Positions 48,957-58,577 of a stretch of 64,000 nucleotides of DNA are shown here, in pieces (within the stretch, counting starts at the first letter, position 1; each line of letters opens with the position of its first letter). The notes beneath the pieces were generated by a model, which was given only the letters and a program-made list of their open reading frames with translations, did no database searches and had not been told where the DNA came from. The position numbers and the translations under genes are program-made. Location of the stretch: the IMG/VR virus record IMGVR_UViG_3300050120_000169, positions 16,088 through 80,087 of that record. One strand, given 5' to 3'. This stretch comes from a virus.

Positions 48957-49015
48957 TGAATCACTGAAACGAAACACCCTTTTTAAACGAAACACACCGG
49001 CACGGAGGCCACCAA

Positions 49016-49441
49016 ATGAACACCACCACCAAAATCGCTCGCATCTACGTCCGCGACGAAACGCTGCTCGATCTGATCACCACGCATTGCAAGAAAACCG
49101 ACAAGACCAGTGAAGTGACCAAAACCCTCAAGGGCCTGGGCTTCAGCGCTTCACCCTCCCGCGTGAATCGCCTGATGGGCCGCTACGCTAAAAAGGCAGG
49201 GGTGGGCAAAATCACGGCGCTGACTGACAACAAGAAGGTGTTGTTGAACGCGGTCAAGGCTCACGCCATCGAGCACTACGAAGAAGGCGGTTGGGATTAC
49301 GTGGTTGAAACTTTCAACGACCAGGATATCTTGGACGTGATCGACAACTCGTGGACGGTGCCGGGTGCAATCGCTCGGGTCGCAAAACACGCCAAGGCAA
49401 TTGCTGACCAACACCAAGAAGTAATGGCCGGAGCCTACTAA
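49016..49441 (+). CDS. early hypothetical protein
   Basis: GGAGG RBS after a promoter. Confidence 0.6.
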   Translation: MNTTTKIARIYVRDETLLDLITTHCKKTDKTSEVTKTLKGLGFSASPSRVNRLMGRYAKKAGVGKITALTDNKKVLLNAVKAHAIEHYEEGGWDYVVETFNDQDILDVIDNSWTVPGAIARVAKHAKAIADQHQEVMAGAY

Positions 49442-50021
49442 AATGGGCTTTGTCAGCAAAACCGAACAGGTACGAGCCGCCATCCGCGCAGGGGATCGCC
49501 GGGTGGCCCTCAAGCTGGCTTCGGACTTCCGGGTGGGCATTACCACCGAACAGCGCAAAGCACTCAAGAAGGGTTACGAGTGCCTGCACTACGCGGACAC
49601 CTATAAACAAATGGGTGTGGACACTGACGAGGCCATCAAATACGCGTGGTGGCTGCTTACCACCATGCCGGTGATTACCGGGGCAAAAAATGTTTAAAGT
49701 TTGCGTGCATTTGGGCCAGGGCTTCCCAGATACGGCTTTCGTGCTGGATGATAACCCTTACAAGGGGGACTTCCAGGCGGACACCGAAGAACTCGGCTTG
49801 GCGTTCTTGACTCATATTCGCCGCCGCTATCCTGACGTCGTGTATAAGCTGGTGGAGGTGGATCAACGCGGTTTGACCTTGCGGGTGGTTCAATGATCAA
49901 GAATCGTAAAGGCGGCAAGTTGGTGACGACTGGCTTATTCGTGTTGGCTTACGGGCCAGAATTGATCGGCGGGGCAATCTTGATTGCCTGGGCCATGGTT
50001 GTCTGTCTATAAGAAATATAT

Positions 50022-50049
50022 TTGACAAACTCAGTGTCTGTACTATACT
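50022..50049 (+). promoter_or_regulatory. sigma70-like promoter
   Basis: TTGACA-N16-TATACT. Confidence 0.75.
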
Positions 50050-50089
50050 GAAATTGCAGGACAACTTTCACACTAGCACGGAGGCTATC

Positions 50090-50608
50090 ATGACCAAGAC
50101 CGAACAGCAGGCCGCTATCAAGGCCACGATTCAAGAATTGCTTGCCACCAGCGACCGCGCAGTTGAACGCGGGCTTTTGCGCATCTACGAACGCCAAACC
50201 GCTGACGAGCAAGCCAGCGACACCACACACCACCATAACGCCCGGGGTTTCACTGGCCTGGACGCAGATTTTCTTTCCCGTGCCGCCAAGGGTTGTTTGC
50301 GGTACGGTCACCTCACCGACCGGCAAATGCCGTATGTCAGGAGCAAGATGATGAAATATTGGGCACAGCTTGCGGAAGTCGCAGCAGCGAACGGCAAACC
50401 CATTTTGGCCGCTGATGATGCGGCAGCAGAAGTACGCAAGGCAGAAGATGCACGGGTGGCCCAGGTGACCACTCATGAGGATGACGTGGCGGATGAACGC
50501 CGTTGGGATGCGGAAATCCAGCAGGCCGAGGCAGCGGAAGAACAGCGCCGGATGGATTACAAGTTTGGGATTACCAGCCCGCAAGCCCCGCTTGGTAATA
50601 GTTATTAA
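50090..50608 (+). CDS. early hypothetical protein
   Basis: GGAGG RBS; IYERQTADEQ...N..GF...DA.FLS motif. Confidence 0.65.
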   Translation: MTKTEQQAAIKATIQELLATSDRAVERGLLRIYERQTADEQASDTTHHHNARGFTGLDADFLSRAAKGCLRYGHLTDRQMPYVRSKMMKYWAQLAEVAAANGKPILAADDAAAEVRKAEDARVAQVTTHEDDVADERRWDAEIQQAEAAEEQRRMDYKFGITSPQAPLGNSY

Positions 50609-50794
50609 GGCGACGAGTATAAACCCGACTGCGTGTATCAGCACGCGGCGTAATGAAGCAGCATATGGCACATGTGTCCGCGCTTTTTCCAAGGGTTATG
50701 CGCGGTAAGTAAGTCTCCTCTCCAGAGCATCGGAGTTCCAGTCCTAGCCGGGGGGACAATGTGCCTTACCCGGCACCCCTAATTTCTGGAGGAT

Positions 50795-51196
50795 ATGATG
50801 TCGACAATTAAGAATACAGAAGAAATTCTGTTGAAGAAGGCCCTCATTACCTTGAATGCCCTGGGCGCTCGGTATGTGATTCTGATCGGTGATGCCCAGT
50901 ACAACTCAGAATTGCCGCTGGAAGAACCAAAGAAAAAAATCAAACGCGTGTCCGACCCGACGAAACCCAAAAATGGGCCGTATGTGAAAGAAGCGCTGGA
51001 GCCACTTCAGCCTGGGGGTATGCGAATCATCATCATGCAACCGGGGGACGATTTTGAGCGGTTTTGTTCGAATGTGGGTGCGTACTGCCACCACCATTTC
51101 ACGCCCCCGGGCTATGCGGGCAAGGGTAGTGGTGAGTTCTACGGCTTTGAACGCAATCCCGAGCAGAAGACCGTCACGGTCTATCGGTTCAAATAG
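50795..51196 (+). CDS. hypothetical protein
   Basis: GGAGG RBS; 133 aa. Confidence 0.55.
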   Translation: MMSTIKNTEEILLKKALITLNALGARYVILIGDAQYNSELPLEEPKKKIKRVSDPTKPKNGPYVKEALEPLQPGGMRIIIMQPGDDFERFCSNVGAYCHHHFTPPGYAGKGSGEFYGFERNPEQKTVTVYRFK

Positions 51197-51466
51197 GCAT
51201 CAGCGCGCAATCAATTGCGGAGGCTTGAGTGGAGAAGAATAGGATTCTGAACGAGGACGTCATTAGCACTAGAGTTGTATGTAGAAGGCTAGGGATTGGG
51301 GTGTCCGTTGATTTTTTACGATCCTGCGGCCTTATCCCAGTAATTGTGAACGGTAAAACCAATTATTGGCGTTTGTCGGATGTACCTCTGATGTGTGTGG
51401 CGATTGCTAAGAACTTATCTGACAGGGCCAGCGGGATTCTACGTGAGCCTTACGAAGATTAAATAT

Positions 51467-51494
51467 TTGACAAATTTAGTATGAGTGCTAAAGT
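51467..51494 (+). promoter_or_regulatory. sigma70-like promoter
   Basis: TTGACA-N16-TAAAGT. Confidence 0.6.
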
Positions 51495-51538
51495 TGAACT
51501 GCCAAATAATGGCTTTTTTAACACTTGGAGTTATGGAA

Positions 51539-52261
51539 ATGGCTAAGACCCCCGAAGATTTTGAAAAGCAAGACCCTGTGAATCAGAATTTTTTCAGTAA
51601 GGATTCTGAAATTGACCCTGCCCTAAGTGGCCGTGAGGCGCGCATTGTGCGTGTGAAATCACTTTTGGCGAAGGGCGGTCGGTTATCCATGGAAAAAGCG
51701 GAAGCTCTTTACTGGGTAAAGGCTAAAGGGGATTATAAGGAGAACAAGAATGACACGACTACGTGGCCCCAGTTTGTGGAACAAGAATTCCATATGCGAG
51801 GACAGGAGGCTTCTGTTCTAGTCCGTACTTACGATTATTTTCGCAGTAGGCAAATCTATTGGAAAGAAATCAAAGACGTAGATTTCTATAAGTTGGTTCT
51901 CATGTCTCGGTATGGGAACACTGATAAGCAGAACATCAAGGAACGGGTAATCCAGGCCCAGATGATGTTATCCGATGATTTCAAGGACATGCTTCAAGGG
52001 GTTAGTAAATCCGTGTCGGCAAAATGTACCAAAAAGACGCGCCCATTGCATTGGACTGACGACCAAAAAGCTTATGTCATAGGTGTTGCCAAACAACATC
52101 ATGTGCCCACGGATAAGGCATCCCTGTCGGATATCCTTTTTGATATGGCTAAAGCTCTGGACGAAGTATCTTTAGAACCAAAGGGCGACCTTATTCAACA
52201 CATGAAAATGATTGGCAAGGAGGCAGCGCAAGCCGCACTTGCTCAAGCGTTTAATAGCTAA
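51539..52261 (+). CDS. divergent paralog of 41207..42022
   Basis: Aligned by eye: FV..EF...YD....QI.W..I..V...K. Confidence 0.5.
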   Translation: MAKTPEDFEKQDPVNQNFFSKDSEIDPALSGREARIVRVKSLLAKGGRLSMEKAEALYWVKAKGDYKENKNDTTTWPQFVEQEFHMRGQEASVLVRTYDYFRSRQIYWKEIKDVDFYKLVLMSRYGNTDKQNIKERVIQAQMMLSDDFKDMLQGVSKSVSAKCTKKTRPLHWTDDQKAYVIGVAKQHHVPTDKASLSDILFDMAKALDEVSLEPKGDLIQHMKMIGKEAAQAALAQAFNS

Positions 52262-52279
52262 TTCAGTGAGATCCATAAA

Positions 52280-52678
52280 ATGGTAACTTTCCCCCCTACA
52301 ACGGTTGCAAAACTATTGAAAGTCTCTGTCAACACTTTGGCAGAAATGGTTGAGGGGGGAATAGTCCCAAAACCTGACGGCAATAACGGGAGGCCCTATT
52401 GGGACGTGTCAACATACCACGCTATCAAAAACGCCTATTTCCCCCCGCCTTTGCCTGCTTTTGTGGGGGGTGTTCGAACTGGGAGACGTAGATCCGTAAT
52501 TTGTGTAGAGAAAAATTATAGATTTACATCTATAGCAAAAGCCGCTAGTTGGATTTATGAGAGTGCCCTTTGTGCCAATGAGCACGCCGCTTCGGTTTCT
52601 ATAGGGAACGCTTGTCGCGGTAATAAAAGACTTAAATCCTATATGGGTTTTACTTGGAAATATGAGGAAAATATTTGA
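52280..52678 (+). CDS. HTH protein with a NUMOD1-like C-terminal DNA-binding motif
   Basis: VAKLLKVSVNTL; FTSIAKAA...IGNACRG....GFTWKY. Confidence 0.55.
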   Translation: MVTFPPTTVAKLLKVSVNTLAEMVEGGIVPKPDGNNGRPYWDVSTYHAIKNAYFPPPLPAFVGGVRTGRRRSVICVEKNYRFTSIAKAASWIYESALCANEHAASVSIGNACRGNKRLKSYMGFTWKYEENI

Positions 52679-52702
52679 CAATCCCAGTTATTGACCTATA
52701 GT
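52675..52702 (+). promoter_or_regulatory. sigma70-like promoter
   Basis: TTGACA-N16-TATAGT. Confidence 0.75.
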
Positions 52703-52750
52703 TAAATCACTGGGAAACACAACACGTAACACACATCAATGGAGTGAATC

Positions 52751-53053
52751 ATGACAACCACCAGCCAACAAGTCGCAGAAACCATCCTGATCCAACTCGG
52801 TGGCCGCAAGTTTGTGGCGATGACCGGAGCCAGTAAATTCCTGGCAATCAAGGACGGCCTCTCATTTTTCATTCCACAGTCCAAGGGGATCCGCAAGGTC
52901 ACTATCGTGCTGGGCGGCAATGACCTCTACCGTGTCGATTTCTACGGTGTGCGCAAAGATGTGATCACCTACAAGGGTGGCAGCACTGACGTGTATTTTG
53001 ACCGCCTCCAAGACATTTTCACCGAGGCCACTGGCCTTTATACCCACCTATAA
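52751..53053 (+). CDS. conserved-type phage hypothetical protein
   Basis: ILIQLGG..F.AMTGA...DLY...F...TGLYT motif. Confidence 0.65.
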   Translation: MTTTSQQVAETILIQLGGRKFVAMTGASKFLAIKDGLSFFIPQSKGIRKVTIVLGGNDLYRVDFYGVRKDVITYKGGSTDVYFDRLQDIFTEATGLYTHL

Positions 53054-54193
53054 GGAAATCATGGCAATCCAAAAAATTCGTAAGCACGCCGTCCATCGGA
53101 CAGTAGACGATGCGGCAATTGAACGCTTGCACGGCGGCACTATCAAGGATGTCAGCGTGGAGTTGTTGGGGGAGCAGATCATTTCCCTACGCTTCACCCT
53201 GTCCGATGGTGCGGACGTCACTATCAGCCCCATGCGTAACGAGATTGGCGGCATGGGGTACATCAAATTGAATACGAGTCTGTAGCATGAGCAAATTCAA
53301 GGTAGGCGACCGGGTGCGAGCGGTGAATGGAGATCACCCAACTGATATTTACTACAGCTATACCGGTACAGTTGTTGACCCTCACGGCCAAGAGCCATGG
53401 TACGTCCATGTACAGCGTGATGATGGTATGGAGGGCAATGGTTATCACGGCTCGTGGCTGGCTTCGGAAGATAAATTGGAATTACTGGTTGATGGCCCTG
53501 ACCAATCATGTTTGCCGAAATCTAAACCCAAGCACGTCATGGGTCTTGATCCCGAAGAATTCGATTGGGACGCCCACAAAACGTTTATTAAGGGGTTGTG
53601 ATGGTTACGAAAGAGCTACTTCAGCAGACGCTCGATGCCCTGATTGAGGCCCAATCTCACTTAGATTATTGTGGCTATGGCGACTCCTGGGAACGGGAAT
53701 GTGCAGCAGCCCAAGATTTAGAAGGCAAAATTCAGCGAGCTATTGACGCGGCACAGAAGGAGTTGTAATGGGCTACCGGGCCGAATGCCTATGCTCGACT
53801 AAACGCCTACCTCAGTGTCAAGCACGGAGACTGTGGGGCTACGCCAATGACACTTCGGCCACGGATTTTCAATGCACCAAACGTGCCCGCTACCGAGTAG
53901 GTGGTAGGTATTACTGTATGCGCCATGCGGAAATTGCGGCGCTGCGAATGTTGGAAAATGAGATAGAAGGGCAAGGGAGTCTATTATGATCGACAACCCA
54001 TTGACGGAAGAAAAGAAAGCCACCATTGATGCCATGACCCAGTTAGAACTCTGTAGAGAGTGGCGCTTCGGTAAGATTGGCGACATTTTCTGGCAGGGAG
54101 AAGCCGGTGAGTACGCGAAAGAACGGCTATGGCGTCATTACGGTGGCTTCACTCCAGAAATTTCCAAGGAGCTAGGCTGGGGTTGAAATACAT

Positions 54194-54221
54194 TTGACAA
54201 TCGAGACGGGCACACTATAAT
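54194..54221 (+). promoter_or_regulatory. sigma70-like promoter
   Basis: TTGACA-N16-TATAAT. Confidence 0.8.
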
Positions 54222-54257
54222 TCGTACATGGAAACCCCCGCAATGGAGTGCATCGAA

Positions 54258-55286
54258 ATGACCGAATCCTTATCACTTTTTGGGCAAAATATTCCGGTCG
54301 ATATTCTTCGGGCATACCGCAATAAGTGGCCGGAAATGGCCGATGAGAAATTTTGGGATGCGGCCTGCTCGGCTCTGGAACTTTACGCACCCCCACCTAA
54401 ATCCCTGACGATTAAAAATCCAGAAAGAAAATGGGAACTGGTTTCCGCCTATCAAAAGACTGTACGGCGCGGTGACTTGCCCCTGGCCTTACGATTGGTC
54501 AGCGCAATGTGTAGTTTGCCGGGGGAACTCCCTTACTTTTGGCGGCGCATATGCACAACCGCTGCTGAGGATATAGGCCCAGGAGACGACGGTGTAATGA
54601 ATCTGGTCATGGCTTGCTCGGAAATTTACACACCGAAAAAGACTGCCGAATGGCAATACCCGATTCTCTGCTTTATCACGGAAATGATGTGCATGGCCGA
54701 ACGATCACGGGCCTATTGTGCCATGGCGATTATTGACGGTCAGATTAAGGCGGGAGTGATGCCCCAGGGGCTGACCGATGACGAAAAGAAGTTGGTCTCG
54801 GCAATTCGGAAATGCAATGATGCTACGGGATGGGCAATTACGAACGCATGGCGCGGCGAGGGTATGCTCAAATTTCAATTGATCGAGTACCCTCTGCACT
54901 TGGAATCTAACGGGTACACAGCACCAGAACCGATGATGATCAAGGGCCTACCTAATTACGCCTACGATATGCATACTAGAGTAGGGAAATCGGTCTGTGC
55001 GAAACTTACGGGCTACGCGGTATTAAAAGATTTCTTCGTCAAAAACCCTACGCTGGAAAATAAAGCGGTTGCGGTGGGATGGGCACTATTCTTTGAGGAA
55101 GGCGGTAAAATTGCCGGGGAACTGATCAACGAAACCCTAACGGGCCTGGAAGCAAAATTTATTGCCGCTAAATTCGGATGGAAACTTGAATCGTGGTTGG
55201 CATTGCGCACTATAATTGCAAAATTGCTGGCTGATGGGTCAGTGAATGAACAGCGGGTTAAGGTAGCAAATTTGCAGGGGTACTGA
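54258..55286 (+). CDS. protein resembling the helical C-terminal region of RarA/MgsA, without the ATPase domain
   Basis: LVSAYQKTVRRGD, WRRI...AAEDIG and YAYDMHT motifs; no Walker A. Confidence 0.5.
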   Translation: MTESLSLFGQNIPVDILRAYRNKWPEMADEKFWDAACSALELYAPPPKSLTIKNPERKWELVSAYQKTVRRGDLPLALRLVSAMCSLPGELPYFWRRICTTAAEDIGPGDDGVMNLVMACSEIYTPKKTAEWQYPILCFITEMMCMAERSRAYCAMAIIDGQIKAGVMPQGLTDDEKKLVSAIRKCNDATGWAITNAWRGEGMLKFQLIEYPLHLESNGYTAPEPMMIKGLPNYAYDMHTRVGKSVCAKLTGYAVLKDFFVKNPTLENKAVAVGWALFFEEGGKIAGELINETLTGLEAKFIAAKFGWKLESWLALRTIIAKLLADGSVNEQRVKVANLQGY

Positions 55287-55530
55287 ATATGATCCTGCTT
55301 CAAGTAATGCGGGGCGCTAAGTGGGTATCTGTTAGTACCTTGTCGGTTTTAAGGAAGGGTGATGTCTATCGCACGCGCACCGGCTTGAATAGCTGGGGAG
55401 AGCCTAAGACTGCACAAGCTCACGCCCGACGTAGGCCGCACCCCAGCTATCCCGACGTGACAGTGTGGATGGTAGATGGAATGGTAGAGACAATTAAGCG
55501 CTAAGCGCGCAATCAATTGCGGAGTAGCAC

Positions 55531-55890
55531 ATGAAGGATGACATTCTAGCAACTCGGTGTGACAGGGCATTGCAGAAGCTGGCGAAGTGGCGAACTCTAC
55601 TCACCGGCTGGCAACTGGGAACCCGGCCCAAGGGCGACCCAGAAGGCGACGCAGTGCGGGATCAACGCGAGACCCTGTTGTTGATGAGGGTAGAGGTCAA
55701 TACCTTGGCCCACCTACTTCTCAGCAAGAAGGTGTTCACCCAGCAGGAATTTCAGCAGACGCTGATTACCGAATGCGAGGCGATGCAAAAAATGTTGGAG
55801 GCTCGCTTCCCGGGGGTGGTGGCTGAAGATTATGGATTGCGTATGGACATGCAAAAGGCCGCCGAGACTATGAAGAATTGGAAGCCGTAG
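55531..55890 (+). CDS. hypothetical protein
   Basis: GGAG RBS overlapping a palindrome copy. Confidence 0.6.
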   Translation: MKDDILATRCDRALQKLAKWRTLLTGWQLGTRPKGDPEGDAVRDQRETLLLMRVEVNTLAHLLLSKKVFTQQEFQQTLITECEAMQKMLEARFPGVVAEDYGLRMDMQKAAETMKNWKP

Positions 55891-56390
55891 TGCTCATTCA
55901 AAGCCAATTGAAGGAAGTGCTAGATTACCACCCTGAAACTGGTTTATTTGTGTGGAAGGTGCGGGCAAGTAATAGAGTTGGAGTTGGGGTAGTTGCTGGG
56001 ACTACGAACAAAGATGGGTATATTGTAATTGGGTACAAAGGATGCCGCTATATGGCGCACCTATTAGCCTACTTGTGGATGGAAGGAGTATATCTGATTG
56101 GAGAGGTTGATCATAAAGACACTAACCCATCAAATAACAGGTGGGTGAATCTACGTCCAGCTACTCGTACCGAAAATGCTAGGAATACAAACACCCCCAA
56201 GTCGAATAGTTCTGGTGCAAAAGGGGTAACATGGCATAGGGCTAGTAAGAAGTGGCGGGCTTTTATAAAAGTTAATGGTAAGCAGATACATCTGGGTTTA
56301 TTTAGTAGCTTTGATGAAGCTGTAGCCAAACGTGCCAAGGCAACAGTTGAATTACACGGGGAATTTTCAAACTATGAGGTGAAACCATGA
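55890..56390 (+). mobile_element. HNH-AP2 homing endonuclease
   Basis: YHPETG, VDHKD.NPSNNRWVNLR; AP2 domain SGAKGV...KWRA.I...IHLG.F. Confidence 0.85.
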
Positions 56391-57222
56391 CCGTACTAAC
56401 GTTCTCGTTTTTGTATGCCGTCATTCTCTGGGTGGTTGTCATACTGGTGGGTGTGGGGGCTGACAAGCTGGACGCCAAGAAGCGTTACATCGCGGCTCGG
56501 TGGACCAGTCTGGTGGAGGCTATCCTGTGTATGCTGGCGGCTATGTACACCATTATGTGTTTTATGGCTTAGGAGCAGTATGGACACGCTACGTGCCAAG
56601 TTTCAAGGTGGACCGCGAGATAAGAAAACCCGAAGTCTCAAGGGGGTGAGTTTCCCGCTGACCATCGAAGTCCCAGAAGACTGTGGGTTTCACAACGTGC
56701 GCGGCCACTACTGTAAGCGGGGCGAGAGCCAGGGCGTGACTGCGACCTATGAGTGGGTGCCAGCGACATGATCACCAACAAATCGAAGCACAGCAAGCGT
56801 GCGATGCTACAGGATCACCTGAATCGGGCGGTCATGGAGAATGAGCAGCTTACCTGGGAAATCACGGCGATGGCCCAGCACTTTTCCCGGCTCAAGCAGT
56901 TGTTGGAAGAAAATGGTGCCCAACGGATTCACTTAGAGGCGGAGATTGCAAAATGCAAGAAAAAGAAGGCTACCAGTACAAAACGACCTGGGCCGCTACA
57001 GGTAGCGCTCTCTGCGAGGCTATTGAAAGCAAAAACTGGGACCAAGCGGAGTTTGTCTACCGCGAAGCGGAAGTAGAGTACCAGCGATATAACGGAAGTA
57101 GAAGCGACTACGCGGTGGCCTTGGCGACATTCAAAGCCCTCCAGGCGGCACGGGCGGCGGTGGCAGCGGCAGAAGCTGCGCAATTGATTGCGGGTGGCAC
57201 GGGTAAGCCGAAGAAATAATCT

Positions 57223-57250
57223 TTGACAAACGTAGATAATGCCCTATACT
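57223..57250 (+). promoter_or_regulatory. sigma70-like promoter
   Basis: TTGACA-N16-TATACT. Confidence 0.75.
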
Positions 57251-57691
57251 GGAATTACTGAATCGCAACACACCGCCACGGAGGGCATCATGACCAACAA
57301 AACTTTTCACGACTACCAAGACGCAGCTAACGCAGCCCTTACCGAACTTGGTTTGCCGATTCAGTTTTTTTGGGGCACCTCCAAGGAAGCCATGAAGGTG
57401 ATTGCCAACCGCTTTCAAGCGCAAGCCAAAGCCCAACGCGACGCCGCTCTCAAGGCCAATTAAGGAGACGCGATGAACATCGATCAAATTATTGCCCTGG
57501 CGATCCAGCACGAAGGTACGGACGATAGTGCCATTCTGGCCCGCGAAGATGCACAGTTTCTGCTCACCGAGCGCCAGCACGTAACCAGTGCTTACGACCG
57601 GGCGTTGACATCACTGCGCCACAGTGTCGGGGTGTTTCACCCTGACTACAAACGCGCTGCAACGGGTCTTAGCGCATGAGTCTCTTTCTTT

Positions 57692-57892
57692 GGCTGATGG
57701 GCTTGATCTGGACACCAAGCCCTAAGCCCTACCCGATGTGCCGCCCCAACGTAGTGGGCCGCACGCACAGAACGGCAGACGCCGCCCCCGATGAATATGG
57801 TTAGGTAAGCGACAACCGAAACTATAGATACTGAGTGTCCAGTTGAAAACGTTGATGGGTATAAGCGAACGGTCCCGCGTTCTATCGGGACC
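57692..57892 (+). ncRNA. candidate pseudoknotted structured RNA
   Basis: Hairpin GGGCTTG/CAAGCCC whose loop CTGGACAC complements GTGTCCAG 57835-57842. Confidence 0.45.
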
Positions 57893-57910
57893 ACCTTTAA
57901 GGAGCGTGAA

Positions 57911-58078
57911 ATGGGTATCAGAGGTGCATACGCCGTATGCGAAAAACACGGCTCAGAAATTGCGAAGGGCGTGGGCAAGAAAATGGTCCGCGCACCGGTC
58001 CCCAAGACCAAGAAACAGCGGTATCATTCTGGCTGTCCGCAGTGCAAGAAGGACGCTCGGGATGCCGTAGCGCTGTAA
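57911..58078 (+). CDS. small basic zinc-finger-like protein (55 aa; not in the ORF track)
   Basis: TAAGGAG RBS; CEKH...CPQC. Confidence 0.55.
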   Translation: MGIRGAYAVCEKHGSEIAKGVGKKMVRAPVPKTKKQRYHSGCPQCKKDARDAVAL

Positions 58079-58084
58079 GAATAC

Positions 58085-58171
58085 GGGCTTTATGGCATGG
58101 GTGCTGGGTAAGAGAAGCTTCCTAGGTAAGCCTCTTACTTAACAGCGGTTCAAATCCGCTGGGGTCCACCA
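58085..58171 (+). ncRNA. tmRNA-TLD-like / Ala-acceptor tRNA-like RNA
   Basis: GGGCTTT/GGGGTCC-A-CCA with G3-U70; T arm AGCGG-TTCAAAT-CCGCT; no D stem; long central helix. Confidence 0.55.
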
Positions 58172-58176
58172 GTTTT

Positions 58177-58264
58177 GGAAGTGTGGCTGAGTGGGTTAAG
58201 GCAGCGGTCTTGAAAACCGTCGAGTCGAAAGGCTCCGTGGGTTCGAATCCTACCACTTCCGCCA
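58177..58264 (+). tRNA. tRNA-Ser(TGA)
   Basis: Complete cloverleaf, long variable arm, G73, encoded CCA. Confidence 0.95.
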
Positions 58265-58415
58265 GATGTACGTGTGGATAGGGTGGTCCCCGTGCCCCCG
58301 AAAGGCACGTAAGCAATGAGGGAGTAAAACGTGAGACGACCTGTTCCCTCCTTCGGTTGGTACGAATCTCGACTAGCTATCGGGAATATTTCAACCGGGG
58401 TCGGTCGGCCAGTAC

Positions 58416-58498
58416 ATGCGGGTGGCTGAGTGGACTAAGGCACTGGCCTGCAAAGCCAGCGAACTTCGGTTCCGTGGGTTCGAATCCCACCCCGCATT
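58416..58498 (+). tRNA. tRNA with GCA (Cys) anticodon and long variable arm
   Basis: ATGCGGG/CCCGCAT, CTGGC-CTGCAAA-GCCAG, GAAC-TTCG-GTTC variable arm, U73, no encoded CCA. Confidence 0.85.
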
Positions 58499-58501
58499 AA
58501 C

Positions 58502-58577
58502 GGGCGTGTAGCGCAATTGGTAGAGCACTTGATTCTGAGTCAAGAGGTTCTAGGTTCGAGACCTAGCGCGCCTGCCA
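58502..58577 (+). tRNA. tRNA-Gln(CTG)
   Basis: Cloverleaf; CTTGA-TTCTGAG-TCAAG anticodon arm; G73-CCA. Confidence 0.85.

Noticed and set aside
55870-56390. C-terminal duplication (KP*) around the HNH-AP2 gene
   Set aside because: A two-residue match could be chance.
57785-57830. Hammerhead ribozyme (CCGATGA...GAAAC)
   Set aside because: The core deviates from CUGANGA and I could not build stems I and III.
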